Source of the DNA: Minisyncoccia bacterium
GTDB taxonomy: Bacteria > Patescibacteriota > Minisyncoccia > UBA6257 > JAAZHW01
Assembly: GCA_041550235.1 (NCBI GenBank)
Contig: JBFEPE010000004.1
Location: 1-50,850 of the forward strand
Length of the DNA stretch: 50,850 bases
Direction: 5' to 3'
The notes beneath the pieces were generated by a model, which was not told where the DNA came from, searched no databases, and saw only the letters and a program-made list of their open reading frames with translations. The translations under genes were made by a program, and so were the position numbers. This document shows, piece after piece, positions 1 through 8,530 of this stretch. Numbering within the stretch: the stretch's first letter is position 1; every line of letters begins with the position of its first letter.

Positions 1-356
1 AGAAGGGAAAACTACTCATATATATTCCGAGCAGTATCAAATATCATCAACTTGAGAATGGCAACAAATTAAATATTTATTACTATTCTTAAATTGGGGA
101 TCGTATTGACTCATGAACTGCTATTTTGAAATACATCCATGGATCCCGTTAAAGCCATATGCCGAAATTCTTGAATTTCTTATGGCTTGATTCAAAAACT
201 CTCTCCCTTAATTTCAGTAAGAAACAGGGGGAGAGTGTTTTTATTATGTTAATAATTAGTTTAATTATAAACTTCCTCGCCAAAAATTAAATCTAATTCT
301 ATAAGAAAAAATGTCCATATCACCCCCGCGGAGCGGGGGTGATTAGTTTGATTATT

Positions 357-1097
357 TTAATTATAAACTTCTCGCCATAGATTAAATCTAATCTTAATTG
401 TATCAAGCAAAGACTTAAAATAAGACTTAATACCAAACCTTGAATCTGGATCATCCTCCCACCTCACACCTATCTCCTTAATCCTATATTCCAATAATTT
501 AGCAATTGCCAAAATCTCAACATCAAATATCCCACTTCTTATTCTTGCTCTTGGAAATATATCCTCAGCTGCCTTTTCTGAAAATGCCTTAAATCCGCAT
601 TGAGTATCCCTTATTCTTGGAATAACTAATATTCTTGTAAATAAATTTCCTAATTTGCCAGATATTTGTTTCCATAATGGTTGCCTTATTGGAATTTCTG
701 AGCCCTTCGCCGTCCTTGACCCAATAACTACATTAAATCCTTTTTCAAAAAATGGCAAAAATTTTTCTATTTCATTAATTTTTGTTGAATTATCAGAATC
801 CATAAATAATCTAATTTCCCCTTTGGCCGATAACATCCCTAACTTTACTGCCTCGCCCTTTCCTCTATTTTTTTCATAGCCAATAATTTTTAATTTTTTT
901 ATTGGTCCTTCGGCTAATTTATTTACTATTTCCTCCGTCTTATCTGATGAGCCATCATTGACAACTATTATTTCATAAGAAAAATCAGCCACTGATAAGT
1001 AGCGATCTATATCAAATAATGTTGGGGCAATCCTTCCCGCTTCATTATATGCAGGAATTATTATTGACAAAAATGGTTTCTTGGGCATATAGCCCAT
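357..1097 (-). CDS. Family 2 glycosyltransferase (polyprenyl-phosphate sugar transferase-like)
   Basis: 246 aa ORF with GT-A signatures LSIIIPAYNE, VVNDGSSDKT, FMDSDNS (DxD) and TQCGFKAF. Confidence 0.85.
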   Translation of the reverse strand: MGYMPKKPFLSIIIPAYNEAGRIAPTLFDIDRYLSVADFSYEIIVVNDGSSDKTEEIVNKLAEGPIKKLKIIGYEKNRGKGEAVKLGMLSAKGEIRLFMDSDNSTKINEIEKFLPFFEKGFNVVIGSRTAKGSEIPIRQPLWKQISGKLGNLFTRILVIPRIRDTQCGFKAFSEKAAEDIFPRARIRSGIFDVEILAIAKLLEYRIKEIGVRWEDDPDSRFGIKSYFKSLLDTIKIRFNLWREVYN

Positions 1098-1120
1098 TAT
1101 ATCAAACTTTCTTTATTCTT

Positions 1121-1157
1121 AAAAATAAAAATCCAGTGAGAGAAAATCTCCCACTGG
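1121..1157 (-). terminator. Intrinsic terminator after the small membrane protein gene
   Basis: Hairpin CCAGTGAGAG-aaaat-CTCCCACTGG (1 mismatch). The plus-strand A-run at 1121-1132 gives a U-tract on the minus strand. Confidence 0.55.
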
Positions 1158-1262
1158 GGTTTTTACGAGGGCGGAGGTGACCCTCGTTAGTAGTTCTTAT
1201 CTATTTTATATTTAAACCAAATTTTATTTTTTGTCAACCCTAAAAATCAAAAAATTGTCTAT

Positions 1263-1517
1263 CTATTTTCTTGTTTTTAAAAAATAGACAATCACATCTT
1301 TTAGTGAAAAAATAGCCCAAACAAGGTTTAATGCTAAAAATGGCCAACTTTTAATGATTGATGAATAAACAACCATTAATAAGCCACCAATTAAATTGCC
1401 GAAATCATAAATAAAACTACCCTTATTCAATTTTCCAATTTGATTTAAGATAAATAATATCAGGAGAATAATCGTCCCCAATATCCCAATAATCAAATCC
1501 ATTTTAATTATATCCAT
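1263..1517 (-). CDS. Small integral membrane protein, function unknown
   Basis: Hydrophobic 84 aa with 2-3 predicted TM helices. Start moved to the internal Met (MDIIKMDLII...) because the longer ORF would overlap the Fic gene 3' end. Confidence 0.5.
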   Translation of the reverse strand: MDIIKMDLIIGILGTIILLILFILNQIGKLNKGSFIYDFGNLIGGLLMVVYSSIIKSWPFLALNLVWAIFSLKDVIVYFLKTRK

Positions 1518-1542
1518 AATTTTTCTATTTCGCAATTCAAGG

Positions 1543-2688
1543 TTATTTATCTTTAAATAATTTGATATAACTATCCATTCCAAAAAGTCTATTTCTTGAA
1601 AAGCCAGTCCTCTCAATCAAAATGCCGAGATTAACAAAATCAGACACCAATCTATTGGCGGTAGGATAATTAACATTAAGATGCTTTGAAACATCATCAA
1701 TCTTAACGACCGGATTAGAAAATAGATATTCTAAAAGAATTCTACCCCTTTGATTCTTTTTGCCTAATTTAGAAACTTTATCTTCGAAATCCTTTCTTAA
1801 TTTTATAATTTTTTCAAAAACCATTTTTGATTTTTTCGCTGTCTCTATAACCGCCTCCAAGAAAAATATAATCCATTGCTCTAAATTATTTGTAGTCCTA
1901 ACATTATTTAATGAATCATAATATGATTGCCTATTTTTCTCAAAAAAGTTAGAAATATATAAAATTGGGTATTTCAAAAATCCCCTCTCTATCAACTGGA
2001 GAACTATGAGCAATCTGCCAATTCTACCATTTCCATCTAAAAAAGGGTGGATTGTTTCAAATTGATAATGACCTATTGCTATTTTTATCAGAGTAGGAAC
2101 AAGAATATTTTCATTATGCCAAAATTTTTCCCAATCAGAAAGTAAATCTGATAAATGGCTGTGATGAGGGGGAATAAATTGAGCGGTATCAATTGAAGAA
2201 CCGCCTATCCAATTTTGACTTTTCCTTATTTCTCCAGGGCTCTTATTTTCTCCCCTTGCTTCTGAAAGTAAAATCTTGTGAGTATTTTTAATAAGCCGTA
2301 TTGAGACCGGCAATTGCCCTAAACCAGAAATAGATTCATTCATTGCTTTAATATAATTTTTTACCTCCAACCAATCATCTCTTTTTTCTGGATCAATTTC
2401 TTCTTCGGATAAGATTACCTCATCTAATTCTGTTTTTGTTCCTTCTATTTTTGAGGAACTCACCGCCTCAGAAGCAACATGCATCATTATAAAAAAATTA
2501 ATATCAGGAATTAAATCTCCATAAGAATTTAATTCGCCCAAAAGTCTTGCCGCATTTTCAAGATAGATAAATATTTTATCATTTTTAATGTCAAAGCCCT
2601 TATTTATAAGCGATGGCAAAAAATACTCATATTTTGAGAGTTTTTTGTTATCAATCGCTTCTTTTTTTCCTGCTATATATTTATCCAT
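1543..2688 (-). CDS. Fic family protein (AMPylase-type), class II with N-terminal inhibitory motif and C-terminal winged-helix domain
   Basis: Canonical Fic motif HPFLDGNGRIGR. Upstream SSKIEG fits the inhibitory helix motif (S/T)xxxE(G/N). The C-terminal segment ILLEYLFSNPVVKIDDVSKHLNVNYPTANRLVSDFVNLGIL looks like a wHTH. Confidence 0.9.
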   Translation of the reverse strand: MDKYIAGKKEAIDNKKLSKYEYFLPSLINKGFDIKNDKIFIYLENAARLLGELNSYGDLIPDINFFIMMHVASEAVSSSKIEGTKTELDEVILSEEEIDPEKRDDWLEVKNYIKAMNESISGLGQLPVSIRLIKNTHKILLSEARGENKSPGEIRKSQNWIGGSSIDTAQFIPPHHSHLSDLLSDWEKFWHNENILVPTLIKIAIGHYQFETIHPFLDGNGRIGRLLIVLQLIERGFLKYPILYISNFFEKNRQSYYDSLNNVRTTNNLEQWIIFFLEAVIETAKKSKMVFEKIIKLRKDFEDKVSKLGKKNQRGRILLEYLFSNPVVKIDDVSKHLNVNYPTANRLVSDFVNLGILIERTGFSRNRLFGMDSYIKLFKDK

Positions 2689-2694
2689 GTCTAT

Positions 2695-2703
2695 ATTATA
2701 TCA
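2695..2703 (-). promoter_or_regulatory. Extended -10 promoter (TGaTATAAT) only 6 nt upstream of the Fic ATG; implies a leaderless mRNA
   Basis: Minus strand reads atgaTATAATatagacATG, with no Shine-Dalgarno between the -10 and the ATG. Confidence 0.45.
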
Positions 2704-2820
2704 TATTATCATTTAATCGCCTAAATGATAATAAGAGAATCTATATTATCATTTAATCGCCTAAATGATAATAAGGGAATCTATATTATCATTTGAGTCC
2801 CCAAATGATAATATAAGAGG
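2701..2820. repeat. Three tandem 40-bp units, each containing the palindrome TATTATCATTT-N8-AAATGATAATA
   Basis: Palindromes at 2704-2733, 2744-2773 and 2784-2813. Units 1 and 2 are almost identical; unit 3 differs only in the 8-nt spacer. Confidence 0.9.
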
Positions 2821-2934
2821 GCAAAATTCCTATTTTTCCCCTCTTTTTCTTGCAAGATAAACAATAACATCATTACCCCGCTCTTTTTAATATTAATCTT
2901 ATTCTATCACAGCATTATCAAAAATACTATTTCT

Positions 2935-2972
2935 AAAAAATGCCCAGCGAATCCTCGCCGGGCATTTTATTT
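2935..2972. terminator. Terminator hairpin downstream of the methyltransferase gene, with A- and T-runs on either side
   Basis: ATGCCCaGCGAatccTCGCcGGGCAT flanked by an A-run and a T-run. Confidence 0.6.
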
Positions 2973-2980
2973 TTTTATTG

Positions 2981-3754
2981 CTAATTTTTTCTGGCCGACA
3001 TTAATACATATATTGGTTTTTCTCTGAATTTTTTCCAAAAATCCTCGCCATATTTTTCTATTCCAGCCGGGGATACGGAAGAATGAATAATTTGGGTATC
3101 CTCAAACCCACTTTCCCTCATTAGTTCCAAATATGTTTCAATTCGCCAAAAATAATTTGTGAATTGGCAAAACTTATTTCCATTGAAATCACACAAGGTT
3201 GTTTTGATTATAGATCCCTCCCCTGTTTCACCCGCCTTATTTTTTAAAGGTTCTATTATCACTCCATAATTATTATAGCCATCCCTCATTATTTCTGGGT
3301 TTGGAATTGCCAATATAAAAACTCCTTTTTTTGATAATCCATTATAGACATTAGAAAATATTTTTAAAAGTTGATTCTTGGATGAGCAATAATGGAGCAT
3401 CATCAAGGCAGTTATTAAATCAAATTTACCATTTACACCCAAATTTTTCCTCACATCGGCGACATGATATACCACTCTCTGAGATAAATTTTGGAGCAAT
3501 GATTTTCTCGCCAATTCTATCTGCCCCTCAGAAATATCAATTCCAATTACTCTATTAGCACCCCAATTTAAAAATAGTGAAGTGAAATATCCATTACCGC
3601 ATGCTAAATCCAAAACATTTACTCCCGTCACCAGACATCGAGCCGTTTTTTCAAGGGTATAGTCTAATGTCATTACTCTCAAATCCCTTTTTGATGATTG
3701 TTGATGTCCAATGGCTATTTCATTGTATTCTTTTGCCACTCTATCTTTTTTCAT
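2981..3754 (-). CDS. Class I SAM-dependent methyltransferase
   Basis: Motif I VLDLACGNGYFT, followed by the acidic loop GIDISE. Confidence 0.8.
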   Translation of the reverse strand: MKKDRVAKEYNEIAIGHQQSSKRDLRVMTLDYTLEKTARCLVTGVNVLDLACGNGYFTSLFLNWGANRVIGIDISEGQIELARKSLLQNLSQRVVYHVADVRKNLGVNGKFDLITALMMLHYCSSKNQLLKIFSNVYNGLSKKGVFILAIPNPEIMRDGYNNYGVIIEPLKNKAGETGEGSIIKTTLCDFNGNKFCQFTNYFWRIETYLELMRESGFEDTQIIHSSVSPAGIEKYGEDFWKKFREKPIYVLMSARKN

Positions 3755-3810
3755 TTTTTCCTCCTATCACAAACAATAGCATAATAATTATTATAAGTCA
3801 ATAATATTAA

Positions 3811-3838
3811 TTGACAAAAATATAATTTGTGATAATGT
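3811..3838 (+). promoter_or_regulatory. Sigma70-type promoter for the secreted-protein gene
   Basis: TTGACA-N16-TAATGT with TGTGA immediately upstream of the -10. A strong RBS (AAAGGAGGAataaacaATG) follows. Confidence 0.5.
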
Positions 3839-3894
3839 GAGGTTGATGTTTAAAAAATTAAAATGATTGAAAAAAAGAAAAGGAGGAATAAACA

Positions 3895-4809
3895 ATGAAA
3901 AGAAAAATCTTTTTTAAAGTCTTGGTTGTGATGACGATTTGTCTGTCTTTTGCAACAAGCATATTCGCGGATGTAAAGAAAGAAGGGTTGTTTGATTGGT
4001 ATATCAATCTCCAAATTGAATTAGATTCAAAAAATCTAACTCCCGATTGGGAATATCAAGAGAGCATGTTTTCTTTTAATTCGGGCGATTTTGAATTCCG
4101 CCTTCGTGTCACTAATAATGGTGCGATAAAAATTAATAATGCGATGGTAACATGGAAGGGATTTTTATCATTTGGAAGGATAGATAATACTTTCATGTAT
4201 TTTAACCCCCCACCCGCCCACCGCCTGTTTAACGACTATTCATTCTGTGAGATAATCCCATTTTTTGATGACTTTGGAGTTGCATTGAAATTGGTTAATG
4301 CCAAGTGGTTGAAATTAGATGTCTCGGGATTTAAGAGTGAGACGAATCAATCCTTGGTCACCTATGTCAAAGCAAATCCATTTGACTGGGTGGAGCTAAG
4401 AGGATGCTGGCAATGGAATGAGAGGAAAGATGATGGCAAAATTACTGCCACTCAAGAGGCATATTGGTGGCAAGTTAGATTAATGCCGATTGATGATTTT
4501 GAAATCAGAGGAATGTATATTTCAAGAAAAGACGAGGCCCCCGAAGAATCTCAAATTGCCCCAATTTATCCCAAAAGAAACGGATTTTTAGCTCAAGGCT
4601 TTTATTATGGGGAAAGACACACCATTACCGCTGAATATTATGCCGGGTATTCACCGCCATTGAAATATCAAGAAAAATTGACCATTGGGGTGGTTATAGG
4701 GTGGGGAAATTATTTAACTATCTATCTAAATCTATCCCGAGATTTTTTCGCCGAGAAAAACCCAACAGAGGTCTCACTGATATTGAGATTCCATATTGGC
4801 AACGAATAA
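3895..4809 (+). CDS. Secreted hypothetical protein, aromatic/beta-rich
   Basis: N-terminal signal peptide MKRKIFFKVLVVMTICLSFATSIFA|D. Strong RBS. No recognisable catalytic motif. Confidence 0.6.
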   Translation: MKRKIFFKVLVVMTICLSFATSIFADVKKEGLFDWYINLQIELDSKNLTPDWEYQESMFSFNSGDFEFRLRVTNNGAIKINNAMVTWKGFLSFGRIDNTFMYFNPPPAHRLFNDYSFCEIIPFFDDFGVALKLVNAKWLKLDVSGFKSETNQSLVTYVKANPFDWVELRGCWQWNERKDDGKITATQEAYWWQVRLMPIDDFEIRGMYISRKDEAPEESQIAPIYPKRNGFLAQGFYYGERHTITAEYYAGYSPPLKYQEKLTIGVVIGWGNYLTIYLNLSRDFFAEKNPTEVSLILRFHIGNE

Positions 4810-4850
4810 TAACTTGATTGATAAGTTATTGATAAGTTATTTAATAACCG

Positions 4851-4893
4851 CAATCCCCTATTAGCTATCAAAAGCGAAAAGGGATTGTTTTTT
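4851..4893 (+). terminator. Intrinsic terminator
   Basis: CAATCCC-23 nt-GGGATTG followed by TTTTTT. Confidence 0.45.
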
Positions 4894-4914
4894 ATTTCCC
4901 AAAAAATTGCTATC

Positions 4915-7296
4915 TCAACTCAAATACCTCTCACGGATCATCTTCTCAATATCTTGGCGGTTTGCTCCGTATCTTTGTCTTGACATCTCCTTCATTTCTT
5001 GAGCAATGGCGGGATTTCCGGATTCTCTCACCATTGTTTGGAAGCTAAATGGTCTAATTGGTTGATTCTTTGCTAGCATTCTTATTACTGCATTGAAATT
5101 ATCTAAATTCATTAAATCTTGCTTGCTAAATACAGGGGCAAAATGATTCTCTAAAAATTCAGCATCCTTGCTTCCAACTCTGAAAGAAGACATTGTCCCA
5201 ACATTACCGAAAACCGCCTCTCTTATCTTATCGTCTAATTGAGCGATAAATTGATGAGCTAAAATTAAACATAATCTATATTTTCTTGCCTCTGATAAAA
5301 TGACTGATATACTTGGAGTGGAAAAGTTTTGAAACTCATCAATATATAAGTAAAAGTCATTTCTTTCATCCTCGGGAGTGTCGGTTCTTGAAAGAGCGGC
5401 GATTTGAAGTCTGCCTACACAAATAAGACCCAAAAGAGAAGCATTGATATCCCCTATTCTGCCTTTTGATAAATTAATCAATAATATTTTTTTATTATCC
5501 ATCACCTCTCTAAAATTAAAGGCCGATTTCTTTTGGGCAATAATTGGCCTCATATAATCATTAGAAACAAATGTATTAAATTTACTTGTTATATATGGAG
5601 TGATATTTTGCAAGCTTTGCTCTCCTGATGTAATCTTGGCCGCTTCTTTTTTCCAAAACTCAACAACCGTTGGGTCGGGACATTTTCTTAATTTCGCCTC
5701 ACGATAATCATCATTTGTGAAAACTCTCTGAACATCAAGAAGAGTTGCTGGGTCATCTTTGTCCGCCATTATCAAACCAAGGGCATTTCTTAAATACTGC
5801 TCAAACATCGGTCCGCCGGTTGCTTTCAAATCATAAAGCTTGTCAAAAATATTTATCAATTCGTTTATAATAAATGTTTTTTGTTCTGGACGATTATAAT
5901 CATACTCAAGCATATTTAATCCAAGTGGTCTTTCCAAATCACCAGGATTAAAAACTATAACGTCGTCTCTCCTTTCATCGGGGATATATCCTAAAATATC
6001 GTCTACTAAATCTCCATGAGGGTCAATAATGCCTACCCCATCTCCATTTTTAATATCGTGAATAGCCATATTTGTTGCCATATATGATTTTCCTGTTCCG
6101 GTCTGTCCGATGATATAGAAATGTCTTCGGCGATCGCTTTTCTCCATATATATTGTTTTTCTTTCTCCTCTAAAAACACTTTCGCCCAAAATAACCCCTT
6201 GGGTTGGCAGTTCTACTGGTGGGGCGGATTGCTTAAATTTAGACCATTGTGCTTGAGGGGATGCCTCTTGAGCAACTGGGAAGTGCCAAAAACTGGCTAT
6301 CTCTTCTGCATTTAAAATATTCTGTTGCTTATCATTGAATAATCTAAAAACATAATTGAATATAAATTTTTTAATTCGTGATGGCTTTATTCCAATGAAA
6401 CTATTTTTTGTTGGCGAGCCGAATTGCTGAAATGAGCCCAAAAAAGTGCTAATAATATCATCTGCTCTTTCCTTCGTTTTTGCTGATGATATTGCTCTAA
6501 GATTTACTGAAAACAATGGCTTTGATGATTTAAATTGAATTGATTTAATTGCTTCATCATCTATCGGCGACTTCTCCTTCTTTTCATCCTTTTCGCTTGT
6601 TGGACTAATTGCTAATTTGAAACTTTCTGCTAAAATTTTTGAACTTGTTTTTCCGCCCAGCACATCGCCCATTGATTCCCCCTTTCTTAATTTTGAGATT
6701 ATATCTTCTAATTGCCCCTTAATTGTTTTTGGGGCGGGTGAGATAACTATTTGGAAAACAAGCCCTTCCCCGTCTTGTTTGATTTTTGAAAATGAACTTA
6801 ATATTGGAGCAATTGTATCTGCTCCCAATTCAGAATATGTTTTTATGGGCATCGCCCAGTTTTCTTTTTGTTTCAAGAAGACTGCTTTGGCAACACCGCT
6901 TGGATTGAATATGTTATAGTCCTCTACTTTTTCTACTGATATTCCGGGATATAATCCGACTAATTGGTTTTCTATAAAGTCGGCTGATTCCGTGCTTGTT
7001 GCTAAATAAAATTGGACTTCGGAACCGATATTTTCTTGAGCGATTTCTAATATTATTGGTTTTTCTAATCCTGATAATGATGCGATAAATTGTTCGGCAA
7101 CGGCTATTTTTTCTTTAAGTGGTTTTTTTGATTCTTCTGATTTTGGGTCAAATGATGGTATTTTTATTAAGAAAAGAGATGATTTAAATGATGATTTAAT
7201 TAATTTTTTGAAACTTCTTTTTTTGAAAAATAATAATCCACCTGCTACAAGCAGGGCTAATGCTATCAAAATTATCACGATTATAGTTATAGACAT
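4915..7296 (-). CDS. Membrane-anchored P-loop ATPase resembling type IV secretion coupling proteins (VirD4/TraG/TrwB-like)
   Basis: N-terminal TM helix, Walker A GQTGTGKS, IIDPHGDL, Walker B YLYIDEFQNF and ARKYRLCLILAHQ. The N-terminal ~380 aa are unassigned. Confidence 0.55.
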   Translation of the reverse strand: MSITIIVIILIALALLVAGGLLFFKKRSFKKLIKSSFKSSLFLIKIPSFDPKSEESKKPLKEKIAVAEQFIASLSGLEKPIILEIAQENIGSEVQFYLATSTESADFIENQLVGLYPGISVEKVEDYNIFNPSGVAKAVFLKQKENWAMPIKTYSELGADTIAPILSSFSKIKQDGEGLVFQIVISPAPKTIKGQLEDIISKLRKGESMGDVLGGKTSSKILAESFKLAISPTSEKDEKKEKSPIDDEAIKSIQFKSSKPLFSVNLRAISSAKTKERADDIISTFLGSFQQFGSPTKNSFIGIKPSRIKKFIFNYVFRLFNDKQQNILNAEEIASFWHFPVAQEASPQAQWSKFKQSAPPVELPTQGVILGESVFRGERKTIYMEKSDRRRHFYIIGQTGTGKSYMATNMAIHDIKNGDGVGIIDPHGDLVDDILGYIPDERRDDVIVFNPGDLERPLGLNMLEYDYNRPEQKTFIINELINIFDKLYDLKATGGPMFEQYLRNALGLIMADKDDPATLLDVQRVFTNDDYREAKLRKCPDPTVVEFWKKEAAKITSGEQSLQNITPYITSKFNTFVSNDYMRPIIAQKKSAFNFREVMDNKKILLINLSKGRIGDINASLLGLICVGRLQIAALSRTDTPEDERNDFYLYIDEFQNFSTPSISVILSEARKYRLCLILAHQFIAQLDDKIREAVFGNVGTMSSFRVGSKDAEFLENHFAPVFSKQDLMNLDNFNAVIRMLAKNQPIRPFSFQTMVRESGNPAIAQEMKEMSRQRYGANRQDIEKMIRERYLS

Positions 7297-7310
7297 ATTT
7301 AAATTTACTG

Positions 7311-7347
7311 ATATCTTCCCCCGCCCCGAAGGGGCGGGGGAAGATAT
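7311..7347. repeat. GC-core perfect palindrome (17-bp arms)
   Basis: ATATCTTCCCCCGCCCC-gaa-GGGGCGGGGGAAGATAT. Confidence 0.9.
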
Positions 7348-7411
7348 ATTATTTCATTTCAATAATCCAAAGCACATTATCATTATAATCATTTTTAAAA
7401 AAATGAGAAAT

Positions 7412-7449
7412 AAAAAAAAGTGCCGCCCGAAAGCAACACCACTTTTTTT
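7412..7449 (-). terminator. Intrinsic terminator of ORF 7467-7796
   Basis: On the minus strand GUGUUGC-uuucgg-GCGGCAC pairs fully (two G-U wobbles) and is followed by a U-tract. Pairing is worse on the plus strand. Confidence 0.55.
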
Positions 7450-7466
7450 AAAAAGCTGTCTCAACC

Positions 7467-7796
7467 TCAATCCATTTTTACTGATGGAATCTTTACCCAT
7501 CTATCGCTATAAGATGGCATAATATGACTTTGTGAAAAACCATCAACTGCTACATAAATTGATAAGCCATGACTGAATGATTTATCATTTAAGCAAATTA
7601 TAGTTATTTGCCCCACCACATAAGAATCTTCATCTTTTTCATCTAACAAAAAAGAAAATTTTCTTCCTTCTTTCGCCATGGACAAGACCCATTTTTCAAA
7701 TTTAGCTATTCCCATATAAAAAGAATTATCCCCTTTGAAGTTAATTACAATTTCAACCTTTACAACTGACGACTGACAATTTTGTGAATTACACAT
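7467..7796 (-). CDS. Hypothetical protein
   Basis: 109 aa ORF with RBS GGAGGTGtaattATG; no recognised motif. Confidence 0.5.
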   Translation of the reverse strand: MCNSQNCQSSVVKVEIVINFKGDNSFYMGIAKFEKWVLSMAKEGRKFSFLLDEKDEDSYVVGQITIICLNDKSFSHGLSIYVAVDGFSQSHIMPSYSDRWVKIPSVKMD

Positions 7797-8025
7797 AATT
7801 ACACCTCCAATATCTTGATTTTATATCTTATTTTTTAAATTTGCCGGTTTTAAAAAAACCATTAAACCTGCTTACATATAATCATAATATTAAATCATTG
7901 TCAAGGATTATTATTTAGGGGGATTATAATATTATAAATAATCAAATATAAGGATATAGATTCTATCAAGTCGTGAGTTGCGAAATATTTAAGAAATTAA
8001 GAATTGTAAGAATTGAGAGATATTA

Positions 8026-8058
8026 CCACTCCTCCCCGCCAAAGGCGGGGAGGAGTGG
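8026..8058. repeat. GC-core perfect palindrome (15-bp arms)
   Basis: CCACTCCTCCCCGCC-aaa-GGCGGGGAGGAGTGG. Confidence 0.9.
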
Positions 8059-8100
8059 TGGAATAATTCATTTCGTGATTTAAAAATATAGATAAAAAAT

Positions 8101-8490
8101 ATGAAAGGATATATAAAAAATATTGAAAAGGAGACGATAGAAAATGATAACTTTCGCAAAGTCCTCTATACTGGAAATTATAGTCAATTAGTAGTAATGA
8201 GTTTAGAGCCAAATCAAGACATTGGCGATGAAATTCATGGATTGGACCAATTTATAAGAATTGAGCAAGGAGAAGGAATGGCTATTCTTGACGGAGTAGA
8301 AACAAAAATTGAGGACAATTTTGCAATCGTCATTCCCGCTGGAACAAAACATAATATAATCAATACATCTGACAAAGAAAAAATGAAATTATATAGCATC
8401 TATTCCCCGCCGGGACATAAGCATGGCACAATCCATAAGACAAAGAAAATGGTTAAAGAGGAGCATTTTGATGGCGAAATAAGTGAGTAA
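8101..8490 (+). CDS. Cupin domain protein
   Basis: Cupin motifs GDEIHGLDQF...E and IPAGTKHN. Confidence 0.75.
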   Translation: MKGYIKNIEKETIENDNFRKVLYTGNYSQLVVMSLEPNQDIGDEIHGLDQFIRIEQGEGMAILDGVETKIEDNFAIVIPAGTKHNIINTSDKEKMKLYSIYSPPGHKHGTIHKTKKMVKEEHFDGEISE

Positions 8491-8495
8491 TCCAT

Positions 8496-8520
8496 AAAAA
8501 ATCCCCAATGGGGATTTTTT
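8496..8520. terminator. Bidirectional terminator between convergent cupin and rseP genes
   Basis: AAAAAATCCCC-aat-GGGGATTTTTT. Confidence 0.7.
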
Positions 8521-8530
8521 TATTTGTTTG

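Noticed and set aside
1-236. Short ORF fragments at the left edge (frame ending at 72; 25-codon ORF 112-189) and the hairpin at 196-236
   Set aside because: They are too short and motif-free to call as genes. Only the terminator-like hairpin (ACTCTCTCCC...GGGGGAGAGT) is visible, and its owner gene lies outside the window.
2701-2820. Possible mini-CRISPR array (three regularly spaced repeats)
   Set aside because: The units are directly contiguous 40-mers with no unique spacers. Each repeat is an AT-rich palindrome immediately upstream of a gene start, which fits an operator array. No cas genes are present.
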